The notes below the pieces were generated by a model. The model saw only the letters and a program-made list of their open reading frames with translations. It had not been told where the DNA came from and did not search any database. From the NCBI GenBank assembly GCA_973895155.1, contig OZ316893.1, positions 24,913,520 through 24,977,519 of the forward strand: 64,000 nucleotides of DNA, read 5' to 3'. This document shows, piece after piece, positions 12,501-25,764 of this stretch (its first letter is position 1; the number at the start of each line of letters is the position of its first letter). The translations under genes and the position numbers were made by a program. This DNA comes from Marsupella aquatica (taxonomy: Eukaryota; Plantae; Marchantiophyta).

Positions 12501-13659
12501 AAATATGCTTCCACCCAAACTGAAGTGATGCAGAACGTCAAAAGCCAGCTCAGGATTGTCGTGAGTTATACAGTAAGAAGCTACAGTGTGTATCTCTAAG
12601 TGCACAGTCCATAAGTACGAACCCTGGATAAGTGCAAGTCGTCATGTTCTTCCCTTTTCGATAGAGTTTGCGCATTTTTGCACTTTTTGTAAGTGCAAAC
12701 AGACTAGAACAAGTTCTGCTAAATGGCAACAATATAAATGCAAACTATTTGTAACTGTCGAGGAAGGCTTGAAGTGCCTTTGTATTTTCTCAGATGGAGC
12801 GCCTCTACTTGAGGGCCTCCTCTCATGCTATTCATTTCATTGTGTATTTGTATTTCTCTTGTGTTTGAGTGAGTGTATGCTTTAGGGCGTCTTGCATGTG
12901 CAAGGTCCTTTGATTTTTGGCCCTCAAATGAACCTGTGGCATCTCTAAACTAAGGTGTTCTTGATTGTGTTTAGATCCTGGGTATACACTTTTTCTCGAC
13001 ATATGTGGGTTGCTAAGGGTTGCATTTTTCAGGACTCTTGCACATGCAAGACAGCCCTTAGTCACATTAGGGCACAGACAGAGCAGGGCACTCAGGATAG
13101 AGGGAGGAGAGAGTGCCTAGGATGGAACCTGCCCTCCCCAATGAGGAGTGGGGGTATGTGAATCTGACCCAAGGGTGATGGAAACCATGGGATTGTTTGA
13201 TGGGACAATCTGAAGGCCAAAAGATCTCTTGTGGCTAACCTCCTGTGTTTCACTTCCCCCAAATGGCAGTCATACATGAAGGTAGTTTTAATCACTTTTA
13301 GGAAGACAATACAAACTTCTCCATAATAAATGGTTCAACGAAGAAAATGACACATGCCATCATATATTTGGCTTGGAGAGAATCTAGACCTGAATTGCAT
13401 AGCAAAGCCCTCTCCAGTCCCTCCCAACAAAATTCAATGCCTGTCCAAAACATAAGCTGCCTCTATCTCGTGACATGTTTCCCTCCCAAGCCCTCTCACA
13501 TCTTTTTTTGCAGCAGCATTTGGGGGGAGTACTTGGGAGGGAAACTTGTTACCAGATTGCTTTGCAACCCACCAAAAAAATATTGTAAAAGTTTGCTCAC
13601 CAAGCTAGTTTTCGTCACACAGGGCCCCATTAAAAATTTTCCCCATCTGAGCGTTCCAC

Positions 13660-13800
13660 AAAATGTAGAGACCCATTCCAGGGTTTTGGAAAATCTAGAG
13701 GTCCATCCGGGAATTTTGGAAAACTTGGAGGTCCATCCGAGCGATTGGAAATGTGTACATCCATCCGAGAAACTTGGAAAACGCGAGGGTCCATCCGAGT
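13660..13800. repeat. ~30-bp minisatellite (ttggaaaa...gaggtccatccg), 4-5 degenerate copies
   Basis: The ggtccatccg/ttggaaa motifs are visibly repeated and give the LENLEVHP repeat in the overlapping spurious ORF. Confidence 0.7.
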
Positions 13801-13991
13801 GATCTGGCAAATGTGCATATCCATTCGAGCTTCAACTGTTTACAGACAACATTTCGCCACCATTTCTGAGGAATGTGAAATAATGTTGCGGACCTGAGGA
13901 ATGTGAATGTTGCCGATCAATTTGTTATAAGCACTGCGAGGAATACCCCACAACGAAACTTCTTTCCAGGTTTTGATTGACCGCGATTCAG

Positions 13992-14735
13992 CAGCTTGAT
14001 GAAGTTGCTTCTGTGGGTTCAAGCTCAACTGCATACTTGTTGACCAAGTTTGTAGTTTGTAGCACTGGAATTGGAGCTTGATCGACGGATTCGGTTGAAT
14101 GGAATTCAGAGATTCAGTCTTGGATCTTTCATAATCACTGAGACGACATACTTGGGTCCTACGTTTCCAGATCGTGCGGAGCTTATTATAGTTAGGTCCT
14201 CCATGGGACCGGTCGCTTGCCTGCTAGCAACTCAAAGTCAAGGTCTGGAAGCGCAGCGATGTCTACGGCTGCGTATAGCGACAATTCATGTCGGCCAGCT
14301 TGATGAAGTTGCTTCTGTGGGTTCTAGCTCAGCTGTAACTGTTGATCAAGTTTGTAGCACTGGAATTGGAGCTTGATCAACGGATTCGGGTGAATGGAAT
14401 TCAGAGATTCAGTCTTGGATCTTTCACAATCACTGAGACGACGTACTTGGGTCCTACGTTTCCAGATCGTGCGGAGCTTATTATAATTAGCGCCTCCATG
14501 GGACCGGTCGCTTGCCTGCTGGCAACTCAAAGTCAAGGTCTGGAAGCGCAGCGATGTCTATGGCTGCGTAAAAGCGACGCCAGCGTCGTTCTGAGATTAC
14601 ATTGTCCATTGATAGCTAGACAATGTCGTTCTGAGATGACATGATTCTCCACTGATTGCTAGGTAATGCAAGGTCAGGAAGCGCAGCGATGTTTACGGCT
14701 GCGTAAAGCGACGCCAGCGTCGTTCTGAGATTAGT
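13992..14735. repeat. ~304-bp direct duplication plus a partial third copy
   Basis: cagcttgatgaagttgcttctgtgggtt starts at 13992 and 14296, and the copies are near-identical through ggaagcgcagcgatgtcta. The tail is repeated again at about 14668-14730. Confidence 0.9.
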
Positions 14736-15378
14736 TCTGAGATTAGTTTCCTCTCGATGTCAATACTGTTGCTGTTGTAAACATCGATCCGAAGAGCTCA
14801 CGATGGCATAAGCTTGGTACTCGATCGATGAGAGTGTACGTCTTCTCGCTGTATATACTGTCGCTGGCGTGGCTTCACACAGCTGTAAACATCGCTCCGA
14901 CTCTTGACCTTTCCTCTCACGGACTCATTTCGATCATTCGTGGGAGTTCAGGATTGGACTAACTCGTACTCGAAGCTATCGACGTCTTTCTAGCTCCCCT
15001 GGATATATAGAGATGGATTCGAAATCGGACCCGACCCGATAAACGGCAGATGGCTCAACATCTACGCAAAGACAAGGGACGCGAAGCAATGCCGAAGCTC
15101 AAATGATCAATGTACAGATTACTTTGTCCGAACAGGTAGGATCCGAGTGTCCTTTGGTTCAAAATCGATACCAGAAATGCACCTTGAGCACCAGGAATGC
15201 CTTGGAAGTTGAATTAATGCGTAGAATGTAAATTGAGCTACAGCAAGTTTGGGAAGCCCGTTCGTGAAGCATACAATGTTCACTACATGCTAAAGTAAAT
15301 CTTTATTTGATTGACCTATCAATTGCTAAGCAGCTCAGATGAGAAACAGAGGATGTAGTCAATTTATTCCTACGGCCA

Positions 15379-16674
15379 TTAATACTTTTGCATATTGCTG
15401 CAGCTCACGCTGCTGCCAGGGCTCACACCGAGAAGACTACAGATATTGTTGTAATGGGTGACCCGGTCTGCTGCTTGGTCCGGATGCGCGGCACCGGGGC
15501 CGCACTCTATTCCACCATTGATGATGTCTATCGTCACCCCAAATCCAGCAGGGCTTCTGCCGGCTGAAACATCTGCGGATGAAGGACTCCAAGTGCCATC
15601 CATCACTGATTCGCAAGATGGTTTGGGTTGTTGTGCTGTGGTCCAAAACCACAATGCTGACTTCCAAGAAACAATCGGATCGGTGGCGACGAGACCTGGA
15701 TTGCCTAGAAGGTTCTGACCGATCGCCTGCCCGCACGGCCCGTAATTATAGTTCCTGCAAATTCATCCCACGTTTGCCTTCAGCATGAGAACCTTATCAC
15801 AATTCCAATTCCATGCCAGTTGATTTAGAGTCTAAATGTAGATGCCATTAAGTCCGAAGGTGTGTCAACGAATTGCCGAATACAAATTCTCGAGCTAGCA
15901 GAAAGCGATCTTGAGCTTGTACCAAGAAATCTGCAAGGGTCCGCGGCCGTAGTATTTCTGTTGAGACGCACAGGGATACTGCGCAGATGTCTGGCAGTAG
16001 TCAGATTTATCGGTCCCTTCGATGTACTGCAATCCTGAAACATCAGTCAAGAAACTTGCAATTAGAGTCGAGTCAAAGGCTGTCTCACTTTGCAATGTCA
16101 GATGTACAACGTTGTACAACGACAGCGTTGCTGCCTTCCACAAAAGTATTAAAGATCAGACAAAAGGCATGATTGAATACCAGGCAAGCCAACTACCCAA
16201 TGCCGCCTAGGAGTTTTAGGTTGCGGGCGACTTACCGCTTGTTTCGTGGTAAACATTAGCTAAAAAAGCTGCAATGTCCTGCTTCCGTTGCGTAGAACTG
16301 CCGGTCGTTCCAAATCCACCAAACGAAGCTGTGGCTGTGATGAAGGAATTGTACGTATAAAACGAGTTTCTGCTGGAAAAGATCGAACTGTAAAGACTGG
16401 ATGTGACTATGCTGCCAACTCCGGAGCTACTTGGGGTAGATGGAGGCGACGGAGTCGTGGAAGGGCACTGCGAGGCACAGTTTCCCGGTGCACAGTATGC
16501 ACTTGACGTTCCACAATACCCCGAGGTGCTGCAGCAGAACCCTGATGCACACGGACACTTGCCATCCTGCGCCAAACTTAAGCCGAAGAGGAGCGGAGAC
16601 AACACTAGAATCAAACTACTCAACCGACGGCATGTGAGTCGACCACCCTCTCCACGTTTGCTGCTGGTACCCAT
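15379..16674 (-). CDS. Secreted GH19 chitinase(-like) protein with an N-terminal hevein (CBM18) domain and an S/P/T linker
   Basis: Exons 16674-16236, 16034-15923 and 15754-15379. It has a signal-peptide-like segment and a hevein domain, [24 protein letters not shown]19 motifs present: [61 protein letters not shown]. Confidence 0.95.
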
Positions 16675-19108
16675 TCTCAATCAAGGATATTTGAACTCAA
16701 TTTCGAGGGTCGATTAGTGGTAGCTCGAGCCAGGCAAGTCGCTCTTCACAATGTCCAGCAATTCTTTCCTTCGCAAACAGACTGGCTGCTAACGAGACAA
16801 AACCGAATTTACAATCATGAGAATAAGAATGCCACACAGTTTGAATCGAAAGCTGTCGAGACTCAAAGATGAAAATGTCGTATCCTGTCGCCTCAATTTG
16901 TACTAGCAATGGATCGAGCCAGCGTGTTTGCGCGCTCACGGTCTCCAAGCAATGGGTCGATGACTTTGCAAACAGATGATGACTACTCTTTGGACGACGA
17001 CCGCGCCGCGACCCAAGGGTCAAACTTACGTACTCACAGGACCCTGACATTATGGACCGCTTTCCTCCAATCCACAACGAGGGACCGTTTCGAGTTTCGT
17101 GCTCGATCTTGTCCCAATCCGCGTCCTCGTGCTTCTGACCAGTACTAAAAGTTCCGTGGGACGGTGGGAAGCTGTGAGAGTACTGAACACGTGAAGGGTA
17201 CTTGTACCTTGTACCTCATCAAAAAAGCACCAAGCTGCTACCTGCAGCCAAATTTTAGTTTTATTATATGGACAAGACGTAGGAGCCATGTTCTCAATCA
17301 CTGTTCTCAATTATATGGATATGGAAAATGTGTAATCAACATCGGTAGTTCAATAACCTCCGGCTCATTTTTGTTTGTTTTTGGTTTCCCCCGGGCCTAT
17401 ATTCAATGTTCCGGATCAGGTGAAGTATCGCAGGTCGGGAGCGATGCGGAGTAAGTTGCATACATCATGCAGCCCAAATAATTAGTATTCAGTCGTGAGG
17501 TGGTGACATAAATGTTGGAGACTTCCCGTTTCCTTGAATCCTCGTTTGACTTGTCTAGACTTTCCCGATAGCCGCCTGAGAAACATCTAAACTTAGTGGT
17601 AGTGCAGGACGTCGTCAGAGAACGCCATTTTTATGAACATTGACTCTGGCGATGTGATTTGCCTCTTTGAGTGATCTTCGTGGCACGATTGAAAAGTCGA
17701 CAATAAAATATCTGTAAAGCATCGACAGAGAAAGAAATGTCGAGTTGAAAACGGCGTGAGAACTGATTCTTGTGATTTTTGAATCACTTTTCGTGGTGCA
17801 CTTTCTGATTCTTCCCTTCGTCCCACTTTATCAGTAGACAGTGTTCGAACCTTATCCCACACAGATGATTGCTTGAATTACTTCGTCATAGGACAGCAAT
17901 GTTTGCCATGCTTCCATATGCTTCCATGCAATGTTCTCGTTCGGATCTTTGCCTTCGTCCCACTTCATTGATTGCCAAGTTCTCCAACAGTGCTAGATCG
18001 TCATCATCAGGCACAGATGATTGCTTGAATTACTACCTCCCACGGCAGTCACAATTTCATGATCGTATTATACAATTCTTCAGGTCATGAAAAAGCTACA
18101 CTTCTGTACTTCGAAAGCATAGATCTTTCCGTTCATGTCGACCTCGAAATAGTTGGCTGTCTGGTTGATGCATCAGTAGAATAATGTTGCTGTTGATATC
18201 GTTGGAGAGGACGGCGTTGGTCATGATTTAACAAAAAGCACAGATGACAATTTCGCAACGGATAGGCGATGAGTTCCCCAGAAACACATGTGACTCACGT
18301 GTCTGGTGAATCGGAGACACTGGAGGACGAAGTTGCAATTGGTCTCAACTCATCCCACCCAAAGTCTCGATGGACTATGATTGTGAGAGAGGAGTGTTTT
18401 GCCATCCAATAAAGTGATCATGACATAATATGAATAGAATTCAATCTACGAATCTGTTCCAAATGAACCACACTCGAGGTATGAATCTGGAAATGAACCA
18501 CACTCGATGTAGACATGATGGGCCTGTTCAGCACTATGAGATCTTAAGTATATATATCACACTGCCAAAAAGATGTGTGTATCTCACTGCTAGAGTACTA
18601 CCAGATCCTAAATATATATATCACACTACCAAAGAATACTACTAGATCTTAAGCATATCTATCACACTGCCAAAGAGATCCTAAGTATATATACCAAAAA
18701 AAGACAGGATGGCCAACACGGAGACATGATGCCAAAGGCAAAAGGCAAAAGAACTCAATAAAGGGGGAAGAGAAAGACCCCAAGAAGACCAAAGAGGCCA
18801 CACAAGTCATGGAGTATCCCACAAAAACAAAACAAAAACCAAGAAGCAAACAACAAACAACAAACCCTATTGGGGGGTAAATTGAAAATCCTGGTAGAGG
18901 TCTGGAGTAAACCGCATAAGAGGGTCACGGAGGTGAATCTGTCTAAAGGCCCTTCAACCGGTTGCCCCTAAGTTGAATTCCAAGTCGATCCATGCTGTTG
19001 AAAGTTCCAACATGGTACCAGAGAGCCAAAGATCAGATATTTCCCTGGAAATGAGTGTGGCTCAAGGGAGGGTGTTCGAAATGAACCACACTCACATGCA
19101 GGCATGAT

Positions 19109-19280
19109 AGGCCTGTAGCTCAATAAATGAGTACTAGGATGTACACTGGAGGTCCTAGGTTCAATTCCTTGGAAATGAAGCACACTCACATGATGGATGC
19201 AGGCATGATGGGTCTGTAGCTCAGTAAAAGAGTACTAGGATGTACACTCGAGGAACTAGGTTTAATTCCTAGCCCACCCA
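19109..19280 (+). repeat. Two tandem degenerate tRNA-like units (tRNA pseudogene or SINE head)
   Basis: Units lie at about 19109-19172 and 19210-19280. Each has an A-box-like TAGCTCA(A/G)T and a B-box/T-arm (GGTCCTAGGTTCAATTCCT or CTAGG-TTTAATT-CCTAG). Copy 2 has a partial acceptor stem, GGGTCTG/CCCACCC-A. The anticodon arm is imperfect, so these are not functional tRNAs. Confidence 0.6.
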
Positions 19281-20044
19281 AGTTGTTGAAAGTTCCAACC
19301 AAATCCGTATCCACACCCTAAATCCGACACCTCTTGATGAGCCTGGGAATGAGCTGTCATTTGTGGAACTGTCTCACAGCCTTTAGGACCTTGTCTCCTG
19401 GTTTGGCACCTTTGTTCTTTGGCAGTGAGCTATATCCAGCATAAAAGTGAGAAGTAATAACATGTTAGAGATCACAGATAATAATAATAGCATCTCCAAC
19501 TATGTACCTTATTTCATTAGAGTTACCTCTTAGTATATATTGTATATAGCAAGGATGATATGACAAAATGCAAGCCCAATGGTTACTGAGTCTTTTATCA
19601 CCTCGTCCTCACATAGGCACAATTGAATATTAATCATTAAGTGTTGGATAGCCCAGGGAATAACCCCGGATTCAGTCAATGCGCTATACAGCTGTCAAAT
19701 ACAATTCCACTAACAACAAAACTCAGGAATGAATACTGTATTCAATTACTGCCCTATACAGTTACAAAATACAGTTCCATTAACAAGAAGCCCAGTAAGC
19801 TCACAACTGCATAGTGTACAAGTAACTCATCAGGGTTGCCTTTTTTGGCCAACTTACTAGGTTTGGTCAACATAGCATTACAGCAAACCAACCCACTAAC
19901 CCAATAACCATGGGAGATGCTCTAAGAGTAGTATACAGGACCAGCAGGGCCTTTTGACTAAGAGGCTTCATAATAGCTGGAGAGAAAAAAAATGAAGCCA
20001 GACTGGGATTTTGAGAGACCTACTTTGTAGTAGTTCTTGAGAGT

Positions 20045-20660
20045 CTCATGGCTGGACTAGTTGGGTATCTTTTCGTGGGCAGGCATGCCCGTCCCCCTGG
20101 CCGCTTTGTGCCCTGTGTTCCCTTTGCTTATTAGGTGGCTTTGGCCCCCTTGCTTAGCTTTGAAGGGACCTGCGTCCTTCCCTTCGTTTTCCAAAAACAA
20201 AAGAAAAAGCATTGTTTGTTCCTAGGAATGAAGAAAACAAAATGAAATCGGACCAGCATTTTGAGAGCTCCTTTGGTTCTTGAGGGTTTCATGGCTGGAC
20301 AAGTTGGATATCTTTGTGTGTGCGGTCTTGCCCCAGGCATTTTGTGTCATATGTCTTTGGCGGCTTTTGTCCCCTTGCTTGGTTTTTGAGAAACAAAAGA
20401 AAAAGCATTGTGTAAGCATAGTTCATATGTGGACATGCGAATGAAGAAAACAAAATGAATCCTCCTGACAGGATTTTGAGGGATCAATTTTGTTGTTATT
20501 CAGATCTGACCACATGTAGATCTAAAAGTCATAATATGCTATTCAAACTTTTTGCTAAACTAAGGCTGGATCAATTTTGTTGTGATTCAGATCTGACCAT
20601 ATGTAGATCTAAAAGTAGTAATATGCTATTCAAAATTTTTGCTAAACTATTCCAAGGAAA
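20045..20660. repeat. Adjacent tandem duplications (~243-bp and ~87-bp units)
   Basis: catggctggac(t/a)agttgg occurs at about 20047 and 20290. ggatcaattttgttgt...gctaaact occurs at about 20481 and 20567. Confidence 0.75.
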
Positions 20661-23054
20661 GTTTTTGCTAAACTAAGGCTTCTCAACTCGCCATAAGTTC
20701 CACCTGCCAAAAACAGAAAGAAAGAAAAAAAAAAAACCCTGCTCTGGCCAGGGAGTACCCAACGTCTCATCCCCCTCACCCCCCACAAGCTAGGCTGACC
20801 AAAGGGGTGAAGCTTACAACAATGAAAAAAAATACCAAAAAACACATACTAGCGCTTTAGAAGGATTTTATTAAATAGGCTTGAGTGCGTACATTCCTAC
20901 AGTTTTTGTCTTCAGTAGGGGTGGAAATGCTCTTTAACCACTTCCAGATTGGAGGCATGCAGATGATTGGATGAGCTCTAGTGAAGCTTCATACATTCAA
21001 GGTCTACGAGATTGGAATATCCAAAAGACAATCACATTTGGGCTTTAGAGCAATATGATTGGATGAGCTTAGGGAAACTCCACACATTGAAGGTCAACGA
21101 TACTGGAGTATCCAAAAAGACAATCACATTTAGTCCTTTAGAGCAATCTGATTGGCCAGGTTTCATGACTAGCTGCAAATCCCTGGTCAGAGGTAAGAAT
21201 GGCCCCCTTTTGGCGTCACTTGGAATTATGTATTCTGCCACAAAAACGTTATTCTAAGATGTTCTTTTTGTGAAGGAGCAATAATAAGACAATAATTTGT
21301 CAAGGTTGCGGAAGTCAAGTCATTATCAGACGGATAATCTAAAAAACCAAGCCACTCCCAGAAAACCAAGCCAAATATTTGGATCTATGTCAAAGAAAAA
21401 TGTACTCTGTATCAATAAACAAGAACAATGGAAGCATGTAAGCATGTAAGCATACAATAAATCGGAAATGTACTTGCATGGAAGCAATTTTACAGAATCT
21501 CTCTGCTGGAGACGGATGGACTTCGGATTGCTTACATGCAAGTACAGGCAACGACATGAATCCTCCATCCTGCAATCATCCCTTCGTAAAACAGGCCACT
21601 GACTGGCTGAAGAGTGCAACAGCCAAAAAGAGGGAACTAGACATCTCAGGAATCTGCCAAGCCTGCTGCATACTAGAAGCTTGGCCTATCCATTACTTCA
21701 CGTTCTACAGGTGAAATCCACGAGTGACTACTTCGCAGCACGAGTGTAACCGGGGACATTTTCAACAGCATGAAGAACTTCAGAGTTGCCCAACCTCTCC
21801 ACCGATGCGTAGCTTGAATTCTTAATTGCAGGACAAAGTTTTCCCCCGCCATGTCAAATTGCACCACCATCGGGCTGTTCATCATTCCGTCAATGTTCAC
21901 CTTATCTAAAACATATTTGGATTAGACCTGCCTGCTGTCTACTCTTGCGATCTCAAATCAATAACTATGGAGTTGCGCCTTTTGGGTATGACTACTTCCC
22001 CAACTTAGTTTCATACGAAACGAGAAACTCCCTACAAGATCCTTCCTGAGCCTAGTGACACTCTGCATCACGACAACAGTCAATGCGAGACAATACAGTA
22101 AAGCCATGCGTTCTTCATTCTTACAATGGCTTTCCAATGAAGCTAAAGACATTCTGCTTTATAGTCTCCAACATTAACTTCTGCTATCAATAATCCAGCC
22201 TTTGCTCTCAAGTTGGACAATACTCAACTCAGGGCATACAAACATTTGCGAGATTGAACGTATAGCATCGAGTTTAATGACACAGGGCCCACCGCCCACC
22301 TTAAACATGCATCCCGATCAGACACATCACAATTGAGAGACTTAAAATTGAACTTTGTAAACCATACTTCAATTGTTCAATCTGATCCATGACATACCAA
22401 ACACTGCTTAAATCTAGTAGATGGAAATGTATCTGACAACCAAGCTGGTCAGCCGTAAAAGAAAAGGGAAAGAGAAGCTCAATGCAGATGAACCAACTCA
22501 AACAATGGTAGAAACCACTTTACTTGAAGACTTGTAATTCCATGAGCACAAGAGCTCCTCAGCTTCGTTAATCAAAAATATCACACTCGGATGGAAATAA
22601 CTCGGATTGCTCCAATATCAGGACAGAGTTGCTCCACGGAGAGCGCCAAAGAATGAACTAGGTGCTAAGAAGAAAAAAATCCACCCTAACCATGTGATGC
22701 ACAGCATCCACCTGAGACAATCTACATCTCTGAATCAGCTTGGCCAGACCCATACAAATTTACAAGAACAGACAGAACTTGCAAGAACAATAACTGCTCC
22801 TAACGATCCAAGATCCGGGATTTTATTGGGCTCCAGCAGTGAATACTCTATTATGGTGGGTTTTTGCACCCGTGAACATTCTCGATCATCTCAATAGAGA
22901 TAGATTCTCGGGTAGGGAACAACCCTAACTGCAAGTAAGCAGACTCAAGTTAGACTCTACGTTGATTTCACCAAATACTCCGCAAGATCACCTTGAGTTT
23001 TCGTATGCTCCCGCTGTGGAACCCCTGTCCAATAAATAACATATACTACAAGGT

Positions 23055-25764
23055 TCACCTGACGGGCTGTTGATTATAATGGTTTTTCTCCTTTTTCTTC
23101 GCCGCAGCGAGTTTGGTAGCCCTTGCCGCAGCTTCAGACGCAGCAGCCTTTGCTGCAGCATCACTTTCCTTCATTGACTTCTTCTTCTTTAGCGATGCCA
23201 GCTTCTTGAGAACCTCTTTCGGGTCCGCAGGAGGCTCATTTGCCTTTGCTTCTTCTTCTTCAGCGACGCCATCGTCTACTGTTCGGGCTCCATCAGCATC
23301 AGGAGTAGGAGGAACCTCCCCATCCCTACCTTCCTTGAACGACTTCTCCTTTTTCGCTTTCCTCCTCTTGGTACTCTTGCTCTCGGTTAGAACAGGGCCA
23401 TTTTTAGGATCACCGTCCTCTCCCTGATCGACACCGTCATCTGCCGCTATTGTCTCATCCACAACAGGAAGGGGGGTCCCTATTCAACCGAGTAAGCGGG
23501 TGACGATGAGTACCAAAGATAAATAGAAAAACAAGTAACGGATGACTTCCCGAAATATTCACTTGTAAAGACCTTATCGACTGTAAAAATTATGTAAAAG
23601 CACGCTGAACTTCAGGAACATTTAGTCGTCAAGGCCAATACCTAAGGCATGCAAAGTAGAATAACCAAGTGCAACCAAGAAAAACTTGTAATCTCTGAAA
23701 CTTATAAGATGGTAGTGCTCATTGGAAACCAACTCCTCAGGCATGTCTATCAAACCTAAAAACCGTAATACAAAATAGACAGTTGATGGTGAAGATGCAC
23801 AACCATTTTCCTCCTTTGGAGTGAGCCCAAGTTCGAGAAGCACAGCGTCAAGTTCCGCCAATTCCTTCTTCTTCAACTCCTTCTTCGACAGCTGTCTCTC
23901 CGGCTCTCGAGGTACAGAGAGGATGGGGAGCTGTGACTTCCCAACATCGTTAGTCACAGCCTGAGAATCATTCTCTTGCTGCTCTTCTTCGCCATCGTCT
24001 TCTACTTCTTCCTCACCTTCGTCGTCACCTTCAGAATCCTGAAACAATTTACCGAAACATTAAAACCTATCATATCGATGAATAACTTTATTAGTACCCA
24101 TCGTTCCTGTGTGCCCTAGTTCAATTGGTCCCATGTCCCGAATTTCGGGACCGGACTGGGAATCGACAACTGGAATTGCGCCATATCAGCCGCCAATTGA
24201 GATTTCTCCTTGTGGAACAACAGTAGTGGACCATTATCCCCCACATGGAAAGAGAGAGACCGACAGACAGACCTCTAAATTAACGTTTTAAAGATTACAG
24301 AAAGGTCCCCCTCAAACAAACCTCTCCAACCCGTGGAATGCTCCCGCTAAATCAGAATTTTGAATTCAATCTTGTGAATCAAAAGCACCACGAAGACCAC
24401 GAATGCTGTACTCACTAGTGACCGTTGAGAACCCCCACTCCCATCCTCCCCTTGACAACACTTTCAAAATAAGTTAAAACGACGAGACCCGCAAACAACT
24501 GCAAAACTGCTTCCGGCAAACTCCTGCTGTAATGCCTCTACCCAATAAAATTCAGGAAAGGATCATCCGTCCGACCCCATTTGCAAATGGCCATGGCGAG
24601 GGGACAATGAAACCAAATAGACCCAAAACAAAACCTTCCATCTTCTTCAATCCCTAAACAGAAGACGCCGACAAGCAGGAAGATAATTCAAGATTTGGTT
24701 CCCTTACTGGGCCACGAACATGATGAGAACCATAACAATCGTGTTCGTCCAACCCAACCTAAAGCGGCCTCGTTCCAACCAAACCCTAACTACACCTCCG
24801 AGCCAGAAGGGCATTTCTCACGCCCCGCCCCCGCCTGTCAACCCGATGGCTGGGTCGAAACTGCTACGCTACAGTAGAGCGACGACATCAGCGGTTTGCA
24901 GGAGTGACGAATATCCAAAGGGTGATTTTATTGCTCAGAGATCCCGACCCAATCCAAAACTTCAAAGGTGTAACCAGTTTTCCACTTCAACGCCACCAGA
25001 GAGAGCCAGCCTAGATGGAAGAGATTTCATCGTCACGGACGAGAAGAAGAACCCCCAGTCATTTGTATCTACACTCCAATCCCGTGAAAACCGAACAGTC
25101 GATAGTGAACGCAAACCATAGAGCCCGGAAAAACCAAACAGTCGGAACGCTAATGGTCAGCTAGATGAAAACTATCATGTCGGATGGAAAGCCCGTGGAA
25201 AGCCCATGGCCCCGATACTCCCCTCGGAACAACGATCTTCGTCATGAAACCCACATAGAACGGTCCTCCCCCACGATAGGGATCTTAGCAATGTTCTTAG
25301 CAATGAGAGAAGGTTTACTCCTAGGCAGACAGATCTGTGCGAGAAAGAACAACATCTAATAAAAAGGAAAGTAGACTAACTACAGACTGACCACCAGAGA
25401 ACGGAGATGGGCATACCTCGCCTTGACTCAAACCACCATCCTTCACGGCCGATGCGGCTTCAGAAGGGTCAGATTGATCGGGAGCCCAGGGAGCGGGAGG
25501 CGGAGCAGCAGTGGTGAAATAATCCTCGTCGTCATCGCAATCGGCCCAAGATTTCACAGTAACCTGACTCGGGGCCCAGAATTGCTCCGGCTCGTCCTCC
25601 TTCTTATCACCGCTCTTGGAGTCCTTCCCCTTGCCCAAAGCCTTATCCTTATCCGACAGCTTCTTCTTGTTCGATTTGCGGCGCTTCTTCTCGAGGGCGG
25701 AAAAAATATTCGTGCTGCTTATGGCCGCCAATCCATCGTCCTTCTTGATTCCTCCTCCGACCAT
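23055..25764 (-). CDS. Conserved plant acidic/lysine-rich protein of unknown function (At2g25670/At4g32610-like)
   Basis: Exons 25764-25417, 24038-23804 and 23479-23055 splice in frame. Recognisable conserved blocks are MVGGG, TNIFSAL, FWAP..V.VKSWAD.DDD..Y, ERQLSKKELKKKELAELDAVLLELG and the C-terminal KKKEKNHYNQQPVR. Confidence 0.88.
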
